A stretch of 64,000 nucleotides of DNA from an uncultured Spirochaetota bacterium (GCA_963768055.1 CAVYGN010000002.1:1632001-1696000), one strand, 5' to 3'. Counted from the first letter of the stretch, positions 18,715-31,522 are shown. Notes: a model not told the origin generated them from the letters alone. Made by a program: numbers and translations.

Positions 18715-19836
18715 ATGTATGGATTAATATTAACTGAGAGTTGTAATATGTCATGTAAATATTGTTTTGAAAAACATAAAAATTATGGTCGACAAATGAA
18801 TGATGAAATAATTATTAGTGCTGCTGATTATATTGTTAAAGACTATATAAATAAAGGTAAAGAAGATTATTTTGTAGTTAATATTACAGGTGGAGAACCT
18901 TTCCTTAAATTTGATCTTTTGAAAAAATTATTACTAGAAATAAAAGAGAAAATGAGTATTAATAAAATTAAGCAATATTCGTTTGAAATATCAACAAATG
19001 GTACAATAATAAACGAAGGTATAATAAAATTTATTATAAAAAATAATATTAGATTATTTGTTGGATTCGATGGTATTAAAAAAAGTTATAATGAAGGGCG
19101 TTTTTTTAAAGACCAACCAGGTGTTTATAATATTGTTTATAAAAATATTTTAATATTAAAAGAAAAGGTGAATAAAAATAATATTGTTTTGAATCTGGTT
19201 ATTACTCCAGAGAATGTACAATATTTAAATCAAAATATTAATTTTATGTATATTCTTGACTTACAAATGTCAATTACATTTGCTTATGAACAAGAGTGGA
19301 GTGAGAAATCTATTGTAATATTGAGAAAAGAGTTTCTAATATTTCTTAATTTTTATAAAGATATTGTTAAAACAAATCATGATTTTAGTATTGGATTAAT
19401 TGATAAAACTATAAAACAATGTTTATTTCCTCGTAATTATTATCCTGGTATATGTAGTGCTGCAGAACCCCAACTTGTTATTTTGACTGACGGCAACATT
19501 GTACCTTGTGGCAGTTTTTGTTATATACAGGATAATAATACTGATTTTATTATTGGAAATGTATTTCAAGGAATAGATGAGAATAAACGTTTAAAATTCA
19601 GAAAGTCATTAGAAAATATAGATTTTGAGGAATGTAAAGGTTGTTTATTTATAAATAAATGTACTAATTACTGTACTGCCATAAACTATCTTGTAACAAA
19701 TAATACTCAAGAAATACCAAGTTCTGTTTGTGAAATTAATAAAATATTGATTACCGGATGTGAATTATTAATTGATAATTTGACTAAAGAAAATAGTAAC
19801 TATATAAAAGAGAAATATTTAAAAGAGGTTGATTAA
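18715..19836 (+). CDS. Radical SAM/SPASM peptide maturase 2
   Basis: CNMSCKYC, GGEPFL, GFDG, SPASM CSAA...GNIVPC...CKGCLFINKCTNYC...C. Confidence 0.92.
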   Translation: MYGLILTESCNMSCKYCFEKHKNYGRQMNDEIIISAADYIVKDYINKGKEDYFVVNITGGEPFLKFDLLKKLLLEIKEKMSINKIKQYSFEISTNGTIINEGIIKFIIKNNIRLFVGFDGIKKSYNEGRFFKDQPGVYNIVYKNILILKEKVNKNNIVLNLVITPENVQYLNQNINFMYILDLQMSITFAYEQEWSEKSIVILRKEFLIFLNFYKDIVKTNHDFSIGLIDKTIKQCLFPRNYYPGICSAAEPQLVILTDGNIVPCGSFCYIQDNNTDFIIGNVFQGIDENKRLKFRKSLENIDFEECKGCLFINKCTNYCTAINYLVTNNTQEIPSSVCEINKILITGCELLIDNLTKENSNYIKEKYLKEVD

Positions 19837-22179
<2,343 letters not shown>

Positions 22180-22257
22180 TAAAATACAATGATATCTTAA
22201 TGGTAAAATTATTTAATTTGTTGATTTGGAATAAATATTTAAGGAATTGGAGGCTAT

Positions 22258-22761
22258 ATGTTGGATTTGGCTTATTTAAATATTGGAACTTTGAAACAAT
22301 TGTATATGCAGTACATCAAAAAAAATGAAAATAAGTATTATTTGATTGACTTCTTTAGTAACTACGATATTCAAATCGATCCAAATGATTGGAATCGAAT
22401 TCAATATGTTAGTAAAGATTTTAACGGTAATATCATTGCTTATTTTGAAGCAAGAATAAATCGAGGATTTAATATTATTAATGATTTAGAAATATTAAAA
22501 TTTATTGAATATCCCAATATAATATGGATTCATGATTTTATCAGATTTCTCAAAGTGTTATTGCTTGAAAAAAACTTCAGAAAAGTGGTTTTTTATGCTA
22601 TCATAGACAACCCATCTTTTACAAAATGTGAACTATATTTATTGAAGTATAAATTGGTTAAAGAAGTTGGTGTAATGAAAAACCATTGTATTCTTAATGA
22701 TGGAAAAATTTATGATATGAAAATTTTTGAGATTGAAAGAGATAATTTAGGAAAATGGTAG
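22258..22761 (+). CDS. GNAT-fold (RimJ/RimL-like) acyltransferase, copy 1
   Basis: NFRKVVFYAIIDNP...EVGVMKNH.ILNDGKIYDMKIFEI; clear paralogue of 26310..26843. Confidence 0.72.
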   Translation: MLDLAYLNIGTLKQLYMQYIKKNENKYYLIDFFSNYDIQIDPNDWNRIQYVSKDFNGNIIAYFEARINRGFNIINDLEILKFIEYPNIIWIHDFIRFLKVLLLEKNFRKVVFYAIIDNPSFTKCELYLLKYKLVKEVGVMKNHCILNDGKIYDMKIFEIERDNLGKW

Positions 22762-22767
22762 AAAATA

Positions 22768-23541
22768 ATGATTTTTAATATTTTATTAAAACTATCAATA
22801 AGAAATCTTTTTCGTCATAAAACAAAGAATCTGCTCGTTGTCCTTATGATCATGACGGGCTGTTCCCTGTTTTTTATAGCTTCCTCGCTTGAATGGAATA
22901 TCAGGGATAACTGGAGGCATTACCTTTCAGATACGGTCTTGGGAGATTACTATATAACTTCGATAACGGGGATCGGCGACGATTACCGTTTTTTTAACAC
23001 TGTCCCGCCGCTGAAATTTATCAATAAGGAAATTATTGATTTTCTCGACAGGAATAAAATTCAATATTCATGCAGGATAAGGACCGGGGCAAAGTATTAT
23101 GATGAGAAGCTCGGGTTTCGGGATTTCAACAAATTCCTCGGTATAGATTTTTTAAAGGAGGAAAAGATCCTCTCCAATATATTGATTTATGACGGCACAT
23201 TCGAACCTGCCTCAGATAACGGCATGGATTTTTTCTGGAATCCTTCCTGGAATTATCAGCCGCCGGTCGGGACAAACCTTGTGGTATTAATTCTTGCACT
23301 TGCCGGATATCTGATTGGTGTATTCATCGGTGCTTTGTCAGGCAGTATAATTGAAAATATGCGGATATACCTGGTGTTCCAGGATTATATGAACGGACCT
23401 GTAATGTTCATTCATTCCTTTTGGGATTTTCTCTACATACTGCTGTTCATATTATTACTGACAGCGGTTTGGAGCATTCCGGTAATTAACCGGATCGTCT
23501 CGAAAGCCCCCGCGAGGGTATTCAGGGAACAATCGTATTAA
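22768..23541 (+). CDS. FtsX/LolE-like ABC permease, short and probably internally deleted
   Basis: LSIRNLFRHKTKNLL N-terminus and C-terminal TM helices, but only 257 aa. Confidence 0.6.
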   Translation: MIFNILLKLSIRNLFRHKTKNLLVVLMIMTGCSLFFIASSLEWNIRDNWRHYLSDTVLGDYYITSITGIGDDYRFFNTVPPLKFINKEIIDFLDRNKIQYSCRIRTGAKYYDEKLGFRDFNKFLGIDFLKEEKILSNILIYDGTFEPASDNGMDFFWNPSWNYQPPVGTNLVVLILALAGYLIGVFIGALSGSIIENMRIYLVFQDYMNGPVMFIHSFWDFLYILLFILLLTAVWSIPVINRIVSKAPARVFREQSY

Positions 23542-23552
23542 TTGGAGTATTT

Positions 23553-24326
23553 ATGAAGAATTGGATTTTACTTATTACAGCGGCAGTATTAACGGCGGTC
23601 TATTCATTATCTTATTGTATCGATCCGGGCGATGTTATTTCTAAATCCGATAAGCGATTTATACCGGATATATTCACTTATAACATGACCCTCCGGACTA
23701 CTTCGGCAAACGGCAAGATTGATGTAGTGGATTATAAGGGGAAAAAGAAACACGAAAATAATATAATGATCACAATAAATCCGGTCAGTGCAAGGGGGCA
23801 GGTCAACCTGAAAAACAGGAACGTGATATGGAGTTACTTTCCTACCTCGGATACAAGTATAAAGTATAGCTACCAGGCAATAATCCTGGGGACGTCGGTA
23901 AGTTACGGCGACATCCTGGCGCTTGAGCTTTCCCGCGATTATGACGTCCGGTCGATGATCGAAACCTCGAGCCTCGAAACCAATGGCCTCGAGGATCCGG
24001 CCTCGACGAATAAGTTTTATCTGCTGACGCTTGGGCCTAAAAAAGATGTCGACGGATATGCGAAAATATTTTTGTGGATAAATACGGCGAACTTTCTGCC
24101 TGTTAAGAGGCAGTACTACGCTTTATCCGGGCTCCTGGTGAAATCCTGCGAGATACAGGGTATTTCCTTCGATGATAAAGGCGTTGTAAGCGAGTGTAAA
24201 GAACTGTTTTATGAACCCCTGAAACAAAAGCAAACCCTGGTAACCTTTTCCAATGTTATTATTATGAGTGATATTCGCGATAAGACATTCAATCCGAAAG
24301 CTATGAAATTTTTCAGCGGAGAGTGA
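23553..24326 (+). CDS. Outer membrane lipoprotein-sorting (LolA-like) protein
   Basis: Signal peptide; ILGTSVSYGDI...YAKIFLWI...YYALSGLLVK...FNP pattern; next to permease and ATPase. Confidence 0.75.
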   Translation: MKNWILLITAAVLTAVYSLSYCIDPGDVISKSDKRFIPDIFTYNMTLRTTSANGKIDVVDYKGKKKHENNIMITINPVSARGQVNLKNRNVIWSYFPTSDTSIKYSYQAIILGTSVSYGDILALELSRDYDVRSMIETSSLETNGLEDPASTNKFYLLTLGPKKDVDGYAKIFLWINTANFLPVKRQYYALSGLLVKSCEIQGISFDDKGVVSECKELFYEPLKQKQTLVTFSNVIIMSDIRDKTFNPKAMKFFSGE

Positions 24327-25579
24327 ATTTGATTAAAATTTCAATCTTTATCCTTCTGCTTTTTCTTCCCATGGAGCTATTTTCATTGGATATAAGCTCA
24401 GTCATAAACACCGGTTTCGATGTTCAATCGGTTAACAGCAATTCGCTGCTTTACCCGCTGAATTTGCTTCAGAGCGGGGGTTACACGAACGAGGGCTTCG
24501 ATTACTATGTCAATGCCGATGTAATAATGAAAAGCGCGATGGGCGAGATCGGGAAGGGTTATCTGGATGTCAGATTCAGTTATTATCCGAAAACATTTCT
24601 TACAAATACCCCCTGGCAGTATTTTAATATTGTTGAGGGTTATGCTGACCTGGCGACCGAGGACTTTTTGCTGCGCATAGGGAAGCATTTCATGCACTGG
24701 GGCGATGGGGTCGCTTTTAATCCCGTCGATATAGTGGATTTGAGAAAAGATCCCCTGTCATATACCGGATATGACCAGGGGAAGCCGGGGGCTGATATAA
24801 CGGTTCCCATAGGTGATTTCAGTTCTTTTTCAGCTTTAAGCGTTGTCGACAGCACATTAACTACGAACATTGACAATCTGCCTGCCATATTGCAATATTT
24901 CTTATCGATAGATATGTTCGACGGGTTTATATTCGCCGATTTTCAGAAGAATTACAAGCCCGAATATGGCGGCAACATCGATTATGTCATGTCTGTAAAA
25001 AATAATATAAATTTAAAACTATATTCCCAATTAACCTACAGAGAGGACAGCTACCGTGAGTTCGCCGCCGAAACGAATGGAGTTCCGTACCTTGAAAATA
25101 TGACCAACAATTACTACGCTGCCTGGGCTGTAGGCGGTAATCTTACCTTTTCTTTTACAGAGACGCCGTTGATCGACGGTATAATAATTTCCGCCGAATA
25201 TTATTACGATGACGAGAACTGGAGCAAAAACGCTTATCAGAATTTCCTGTCGTATATAGATGCGCAGACGAATAATAATAATGTTCCCGCATATATGAAC
25301 GCTATGCTGCAGGAGCAATACCTCAGGAATTCTAAAAGCTATTTTTTTTCAGCGCTTACTTTCCAGGGGCTGTTTGATAAAGATTTCAGCCTGACCGGTT
25401 CTGTGGTCCTTAACATTGACGATCTGAGTTTTGTAATTTATCCCTCGATGTCGTATCAGATCAACCTGGATACCAGGATATCGATAGGAGCCCAGTTTTT
25501 TTGCGGCGGCCAGGACAGCGAATTCGGCAGTATGTCGCAGCTTTTTTCCGTAAACGCCAATTTAACGGTTTCATTTTGA
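24323..25579 (+). CDS. Putative outer-membrane beta-barrel protein
   Basis: Signal peptide, LRIGKHFMHWGDGVAFNPVD, C-terminal Phe. Confidence 0.65.
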   Translation: MNLIKISIFILLLFLPMELFSLDISSVINTGFDVQSVNSNSLLYPLNLLQSGGYTNEGFDYYVNADVIMKSAMGEIGKGYLDVRFSYYPKTFLTNTPWQYFNIVEGYADLATEDFLLRIGKHFMHWGDGVAFNPVDIVDLRKDPLSYTGYDQGKPGADITVPIGDFSSFSALSVVDSTLTTNIDNLPAILQYFLSIDMFDGFIFADFQKNYKPEYGGNIDYVMSVKNNINLKLYSQLTYREDSYREFAAETNGVPYLENMTNNYYAAWAVGGNLTFSFTETPLIDGIIISAEYYYDDENWSKNAYQNFLSYIDAQTNNNNVPAYMNAMLQEQYLRNSKSYFFSALTFQGLFDKDFSLTGSVVLNIDDLSFVIYPSMSYQINLDTRISIGAQFFCGGQDSEFGSMSQLFSVNANLTVSF

Positions 25580-25595
25580 AACAAAGGAGCATCTC

Positions 25596-26266
25596 ATGAT
25601 TAAAATCAGTGGTGTAGAAAAGACCTATTATCTTGGAAAATCTACGATCGAGGCGTTGAAGGGAATAAATGCAGCTTTTAATAAAGGCGAATTTACATCC
25701 GTGGTCGGGCCGTCGGGCAGCGGAAAATCCACGCTGCTTAACATTATAGGCTGCCTTGACAGGCCTGATCGGGGAGAGGTAGTAATAAGCGGTGAAAATA
25801 TTACCTCTTTAAAAAGCAACAGGCTTGCCGATATCAGGGCCGAAAAGATAGGCTTTATATTTCAGTCCTTTAACCTTATACCTGTCCTAATGTATATGAA
25901 AATATCGAGCTGCCTTTGAATAATATTAATAAATACAAATCGAAAAAGGAAAAGAGGGACAGGATCATAGAACTCATAGAGCATGTAGAGCTTGGCTGTT
26001 ATTTAAAGCACAGGCCTGAGGAGCTTTCAGGAAGCCAGAGGCAGCGCGTGGCTATCGCCAGGGCCCTGGTTACGAATCCTGAAATAGTCCTTGCCGACGA
26101 ACCGACGGCAAACCTCGATTCTGAAACAGGCAGGATGATAATAGAACTCATGAGAAAGATCAACAGGGACTACGGCACTACATTTATATTTTCAACCCAT
26201 GACTTGAATATAATGAAATATGCCGAAAGAGTGTTAAATCTAAAGGATGGAAGAATTTTTAACTGA
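25596..26266 (+). pseudogene. LolD/MacB-type ABC ATPase with 1-nt frameshift
   Basis: GPSGSGKS in ORF 1; LSGSQRQR and LADEPT in ORF 2. CTAATGTA near 25889 lacks one A of the expected LNVYENIELPL. Confidence 0.85.
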
Positions 26267-26309
26267 TATTTAATATGGTTTCATAACATAATTAAAAAGA
26301 GGTATTTCT

Positions 26310-26843
26310 ATGCTAGAACTAGCATACTTAAATCAAGAAAAGTTACAAGATATTTATTCAAAAAGGATTACTTCTAAATTTAATAAGTATTATTTTTTTG
26401 AAAGTTATTATGATTATATTTTACCAATTGACCAAAATGATGAAAAAAAAATACAATACGTTGGAAAAGATAATGAAGGCAATATAATCGGCTATGCAGG
26501 TGCATGGATTAATCGTACTCATAATATTATTGAAAGGATGGAAATAATAAATTTTACAGAAAAGCCAAAATTAGAAGGATCAAGGAATTTATTTGATTTT
26601 CTAGAAATTATTCTTATCAAAAAGAATTTTAGAAAAATTGTTTTTTATGTGGCTGTAGAAAATCCAGCTATTAAATTGTATGAGAAATTCATGAATTTTG
26701 GAGAAGGAATAGGGAAAAAAGTTGGTATTTTAAAAGAACATTATACTCTAAATGATGGAAAGAATCATGATGTTGCTATATTTGAAATTTACAGGGAAGG
26801 TTTTACAGAATGGTTTAGAAAAAAAATAAAAAAAGACTTTTAA
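26310..26843 (+). CDS. GNAT-fold (RimJ/RimL-like) acyltransferase, copy 2
   Basis: VAVENPAIKLYEKF...VGILKEHYTLNDGKNHDVAIFEI. Confidence 0.75.
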   Translation: MLELAYLNQEKLQDIYSKRITSKFNKYYFFESYYDYILPIDQNDEKKIQYVGKDNEGNIIGYAGAWINRTHNIIERMEIINFTEKPKLEGSRNLFDFLEIILIKKNFRKIVFYVAVENPAIKLYEKFMNFGEGIGKKVGILKEHYTLNDGKNHDVAIFEIYREGFTEWFRKKIKKDF

Positions 26844-26911
26844 TTAAAAAGATTGAAAAATAGAGAATAAAATATTTTGGATTTTTTTAGATAAAAAAGA
26901 GGAGGATTTTT

Positions 26912-27172
26912 ATGATAAAAGAAGATTTCAAAAACATTAATGAATTAATATTTGAACTAAAGAAAATGATTTCAAGTCAAATCAAATTACAAGGAGAAGA
27001 TTTCGATGAAAATAAGGATTTTGTCTCCGACTATGGAGTAGATTCTCTTGATTTGCTTTTATTGATTTCGGAAATAGAAGATATTATGAAAGTGAGAATC
27101 GAAACAGAAGATGCTGAAAAGATGAGGACTTTTGCAGATGTAAGAAAATATGTTGAGAGTAAATATTTATAA
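26912..27172 (+). CDS. Acyl carrier protein
   Basis: Acidic 86 aa with DYGVDSLDLL phosphopantetheine Ser motif. Confidence 0.92.
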   Translation: MIKEDFKNINELIFELKKMISSQIKLQGEDFDENKDFVSDYGVDSLDLLLLISEIEDIMKVRIETEDAEKMRTFADVRKYVESKYL

Positions 27173-27236
27173 ATATATCGAATAGTATATAAAGAATGTA
27201 TTATCAAAATATAAAAAATAAAGAGTAAATAATATT

Positions 27237-28448
27237 ATGAGAGTTTATGTTGGTAGTCTGGGTATAATTGTTTCAAATGGGAAAAATATTCTTGATTTCA
27301 GCAATAATATATTTGCCGGGAAATCTGGGATTAAAAAGTTGTCCAATGATGATTACTCTGATATTCCTGTTAGGATTGGAGGTGAAATTATAAATGATTG
27401 GCTTAAAGATTCCGATCTTTCTGAAGAAAGATCTTGGACATTATTGGAAATTGCTGCAGATGAGGCTATAAAGATACAAAAAAATAAAATCTTTAAGTTA
27501 GAATCAGACAGGATAGGTGTTTTTGTTGGGACATCATATGCTGGATCAAATACTATACTAGAGAATTATAAGCATTATTTAAATAAAGAAATATACAAAG
27601 TTTCTCCGTTGACAATGATTAAAGCTATGCGATATTATGCTGCCAGTAATTTAGCCAGAAAATATAAAATCGAAGGTCCCTTACTGGCTTATGATACAGC
27701 TTGTTCTTCTTCACTTCATGCTTTAGGCAATGCTTATAAAATGATTCATTCAAATTTGTTGGATTTAGCTATAGTTGGAGGGGTAGAAACACCACTAACA
27801 CCAACAAGTATCATATGCTGGGACCGTTTACGGATTTTGGCTAATAATGAAGATAATCCGGATAAAGCCTCCTCTCCTTTTGATAAAAAAAGTCCTGGTA
27901 TTGTGTTGGGTGAAGGAGCGGGTGTTATAATCCTTCTAAGTGAGGATGTTATGAATAAAATGGATATTCCACCTTTGGCTGAAATTGCAGGATATGGCTA
28001 TTCTAATGATCCAACGCACATTACTAAATCTAATTTTAAATATATGATAAAATCTATGCAAAAAGCATTATCAGATTATCCCGGACTCAAAGATACAATT
28101 AATTATATTCAAGCTCATGGTACGGGAACTAAGATAAATGATATGGAAGAAGCAAGAGCGATAAATACATTATTTGGTAATCAATCTAATAATATTAAGG
28201 TTAATTCAATAAAATCAATGGTTGGCCATTTGCTTGGCGGCAGCGGAATAATTTCGGCAATAACTACTATTATACAGATTAAGGAAAAGAAATTACACCC
28301 TAATCTAAATCTTGAAGATCCATATAATGATTACCAAATTAACTATGTTGGGGCAAATAAGGAAAGTTGGAATATATGTGTGGGCATTGTAAATGCATTT
28401 GCATTTGGTGGAAGCTTTGCTTCGATATTGATTAAGTATGTGAACTGA
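27237..28448 (+). CDS. Beta-ketoacyl-ACP synthase (FabF/FabB type)
   Basis: Intact triad TACSSS, AHGTGT, KSMVGHLLG; LGEGAG; NAFAFGG. Confidence 0.93.
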   Translation: MRVYVGSLGIIVSNGKNILDFSNNIFAGKSGIKKLSNDDYSDIPVRIGGEIINDWLKDSDLSEERSWTLLEIAADEAIKIQKNKIFKLESDRIGVFVGTSYAGSNTILENYKHYLNKEIYKVSPLTMIKAMRYYAASNLARKYKIEGPLLAYDTACSSSLHALGNAYKMIHSNLLDLAIVGGVETPLTPTSIICWDRLRILANNEDNPDKASSPFDKKSPGIVLGEGAGVIILLSEDVMNKMDIPPLAEIAGYGYSNDPTHITKSNFKYMIKSMQKALSDYPGLKDTINYIQAHGTGTKINDMEEARAINTLFGNQSNNIKVNSIKSMVGHLLGGSGIISAITTIIQIKEKKLHPNLNLEDPYNDYQINYVGANKESWNICVGIVNAFAFGGSFASILIKYVN

Positions 28449-28472
28449 ACCAAAATGAAATTAGAATAATAT

Positions 28473-30269
28473 ATGAAATTAATAGCGATAAATAAAAAAG
28501 ATTGGCCCCTGATAAAAAGAGCATTTAACTATGTTAAACCGAATAAATTCAAATTTGCATTTTCTTTTTTCCTTCTACTTGTAGGAATTAGTTTTAATTT
28601 AATTCTCCCTTACTTATGGGCAAAAATTATTGCCTGTATTTTTAATAAAGATTATAATACTTTAATATTTATTGTAATCTCTATTACTATTGTACTAATA
28701 ATACAATCTATATATGGGCTTTTACAAAATTATGTTTCAACTTCATTATATCAAGAAATAGTTTACAATGTCAAAAAAGACATGTACAAAAAAATTTTAG
28801 ATTTACCTATGAAAGCATTTGATCAACTACGTGCAGGTGATTTTATTTCAAGGTTACAAGGTGATGCAAACACAATTTCTCAGGTTATTACAGGACAATT
28901 CTTAAACTCGGTTGTTGACGTATTAAAAATAATAACATTTGGAATAGCTGTTTTCTGCATTAACCTGCCCATGGCGATAATGCTTTTAATAACTTTTCCT
29001 TTGTCATTAATTGTATTTATTAAATTTGGCAAGCTTATGCGAGAGAAAAACAAGGAAATGGCAGAAATGAATGATAATTATTTTAGCAATGTACATCAGT
29101 CAATAACTGGTATAAGGGAAATAAAGGGATTGGGAATTAAAAATCAAAATTACTTGACTTTTATATCATTATTAAAATTGATGAAAGAAAAAGTTATTAA
29201 CATAAACATCTTTGGAGGAATATCCCAGCTTATTACACAGACTTTCAACTACATTTCAGAAATTGGGGTGATAATTGTTGGAGCATATCAAATATACAAA
29301 GGTTTTTTAAAAATAGAGTTCTTCATAACTTTTACATCATATTCTATTCAATTTTCTGAATCAATAATGAATATTAGTAATTTAAATAATAATATTCAAC
29401 AAGCAATGACTTCTTTAGAAAGAATATTTGGTATTATGGATAATTTGAATTATCAGGAATATAATTATGGAAATTTGAATTTAAAAAACATTGAAGGAAA
29501 TATAAAATTTGATGGTATTACATTTGGGTATAATGAAAACTCGAATATTTTGAATAATGTTTCTTTTGAGATCCAGAAAAATAAAAAAATAGCTATTATA
29601 GGAAAAAGTGGTAGTGGAAAATCAACAATATTTAACCTTATACAAAATTTTTATAAACCTCAATTGGGAAAAATTCTAATTGATGACATAGAACTCAATA
29701 AATTAAGTGAAGATTGCTTAAGGGAACATATTTCAATAGTCAGGCAAGAACCTTTCCTTTTTAATTTATCAATTAAAGATAATTTGTTACTTGTTAATCC
29801 AACTGCTAAAGATGATGATGTAATTAACGCTTGTAAATTAGCTTTTATTCATGAATATATTTCAAATTTACCTGAAGGCTATAATACTTTAGTACAAGAT
29901 GGTGGAGCAAATTTCTCGGTAGGGCAAAAGCAAAGGATAGCTATTGCTAGAGTTTTATTGAAAAATACAAAAATAATATTATTTGATGAAGCAACTTCTT
30001 CATTAGATAATGAATCTCAATATTATATTAAAAAGGCCATTGACAATCTTTCATTAAATCATACGGTAATAATTATTGCCCATAGATTACTAACTTTTAT
30101 TGAAAGTGATGAAATAATTTTACTTGATAAAGGAATTATTGCCGGTATTGGCAATCATTCAACTTTGATTAAAAATAATGAAATCTATAATTTGTTATAT
30201 CATATGGAATTGGATACTTATAATAAAAGTCAAAATCTTTCTTTGTTAAAAGATGTCAACACTTTTTAA
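28473..30269 (+). CDS. ABC exporter, fused TMD-NBD (no C39 domain)
   Basis: Six-TM N-half; GKSGSGKS, FSVGQKQR, LFDEATS, IAHRL. Confidence 0.93.
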   Translation: MKLIAINKKDWPLIKRAFNYVKPNKFKFAFSFFLLLVGISFNLILPYLWAKIIACIFNKDYNTLIFIVISITIVLIIQSIYGLLQNYVSTSLYQEIVYNVKKDMYKKILDLPMKAFDQLRAGDFISRLQGDANTISQVITGQFLNSVVDVLKIITFGIAVFCINLPMAIMLLITFPLSLIVFIKFGKLMREKNKEMAEMNDNYFSNVHQSITGIREIKGLGIKNQNYLTFISLLKLMKEKVININIFGGISQLITQTFNYISEIGVIIVGAYQIYKGFLKIEFFITFTSYSIQFSESIMNISNLNNNIQQAMTSLERIFGIMDNLNYQEYNYGNLNLKNIEGNIKFDGITFGYNENSNILNNVSFEIQKNKKIAIIGKSGSGKSTIFNLIQNFYKPQLGKILIDDIELNKLSEDCLREHISIVRQEPFLFNLSIKDNLLLVNPTAKDDDVINACKLAFIHEYISNLPEGYNTLVQDGGANFSVGQKQRIAIARVLLKNTKIILFDEATSSLDNESQYYIKKAIDNLSLNHTVIIIAHRLLTFIESDEIILLDKGIIAGIGNHSTLIKNNEIYNLLYHMELDTYNKSQNLSLLKDVNTF

Positions 30270-30344
30270 CCTCAAATTCAACCCTCTATTGTAAAAACAT
30301 AAATACCTTTTTATTTGGATAGACATATATACATCAGAGAGAAA

Positions 30345-30376
30345 ACATGTGAGATAATTCTCATTATCTCACATGT
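30345..30376. other. dif-like recombination core site
   Basis: Perfect inverted repeat; core ATGTGAGATAA-TTCTCA-TTATCTCACAT (11-6-11) 140 bp upstream of a tyrosine recombinase. Confidence 0.7.
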
Positions 30377-30515
30377 GAGCGAAAGCCCTGTAAATACTGC
30401 ATTTCTACCCTAAATAATTTTACAAATTGATGAAAATTATTACCAAAGAAATATACTGAGAGAAACTTTTCACCTCTTTTTAATATATTTTTCTATATAT
30501 TATCAGAGGTTTATA

Positions 30516-31442
30516 ATGGAAATTAATCCCACAATGCCGACCGTTTTTAAGGGAGTTATCCGGCCAAAACATTATACCAAATTCTGTCGTTTTCTCGGGA
30601 ACAGCAGCCAGACAATCAGATCTTATATGACTTCTTTAAAGGCTTTCAAAATATTTATAAACAAAGATATATACCAGGTAACAAAAAAAGACGTCTTTGA
30701 TTATCATGTTTATCTGGAAGTTCAGACTTCGGAATTCAAATTGGCGGCCTCTACTGCTCGCCTCCGGTGGTATGCCCTTAATAAATTTTTCAAGCTGGCT
30801 ATGGCTGAAAATTGGATAAGGTATAATCCAATGGTTGAAGTTGAAAAGATTTCGTCAAATTTAAAATTGCCCTCAGCTATAAATGATATTGAACTTCCTT
30901 TAGTTGATGGCAAAAGTTTTAATCGGGAAATAATAAATAAGGCAATTGAATTATCTGAAGATCAGCGTCTCACAATAATAATAAAGCTATTATCAAGGAC
31001 CGGTGCCAGAGTTTCGGAAGTACTAGGGTTGAAGTGGGGTCATGTGATCACCTTTGGAAATGATGTGATTTATACATTTCTAGGAAAAGGTAAACGAATC
31101 CGGGATGTAAAAGACTTTGATGGGAAACAGCTATTTGAAGAAATGAAATTAGTATTCAGCCCTGAAAGAACAAATCGGGATGATTTTATCTTTATAAATG
31201 AAAAAGGAAGAGTATTCAAATACAGTGCTCTTTATATGAGAATACGCTGTCTTTTTGAAAAAAACTTTTCTACAGATCGCCCTGTTTCCCCGCACAAGTT
31301 CAGGCACTTTCTTATAACCTATCTTTTAAATGAAGTTAAACTACCCTTAAAAACTGTTCAGAAAATTGTCGGTCACAGATTCTCAATGACGACAATAAGA
31401 TATGACCACCCTCCGGAAATAAAATATAATGTAGGGGTTTAA
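30516..31442 (+). CDS. XerC/D-like tyrosine recombinase (resolvase type)
   Basis: TGARVSE, GKGKR, SPHKFRH, VGH...TTIRY; N-terminal SAM-like domain; no arm-binding domain. Confidence 0.92.
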   Translation: MEINPTMPTVFKGVIRPKHYTKFCRFLGNSSQTIRSYMTSLKAFKIFINKDIYQVTKKDVFDYHVYLEVQTSEFKLAASTARLRWYALNKFFKLAMAENWIRYNPMVEVEKISSNLKLPSAINDIELPLVDGKSFNREIINKAIELSEDQRLTIIIKLLSRTGARVSEVLGLKWGHVITFGNDVIYTFLGKGKRIRDVKDFDGKQLFEEMKLVFSPERTNRDDFIFINEKGRVFKYSALYMRIRCLFEKNFSTDRPVSPHKFRHFLITYLLNEVKLPLKTVQKIVGHRFSMTTIRYDHPPEIKYNVGV

Positions 31443-31522
31443 AAAAAACTGATGAATAAATCAGTTAAAATTTGCTTTAAGATCTTATTCTCTTAATGAG
31501 TACTACTACTACCTTCTTATTT

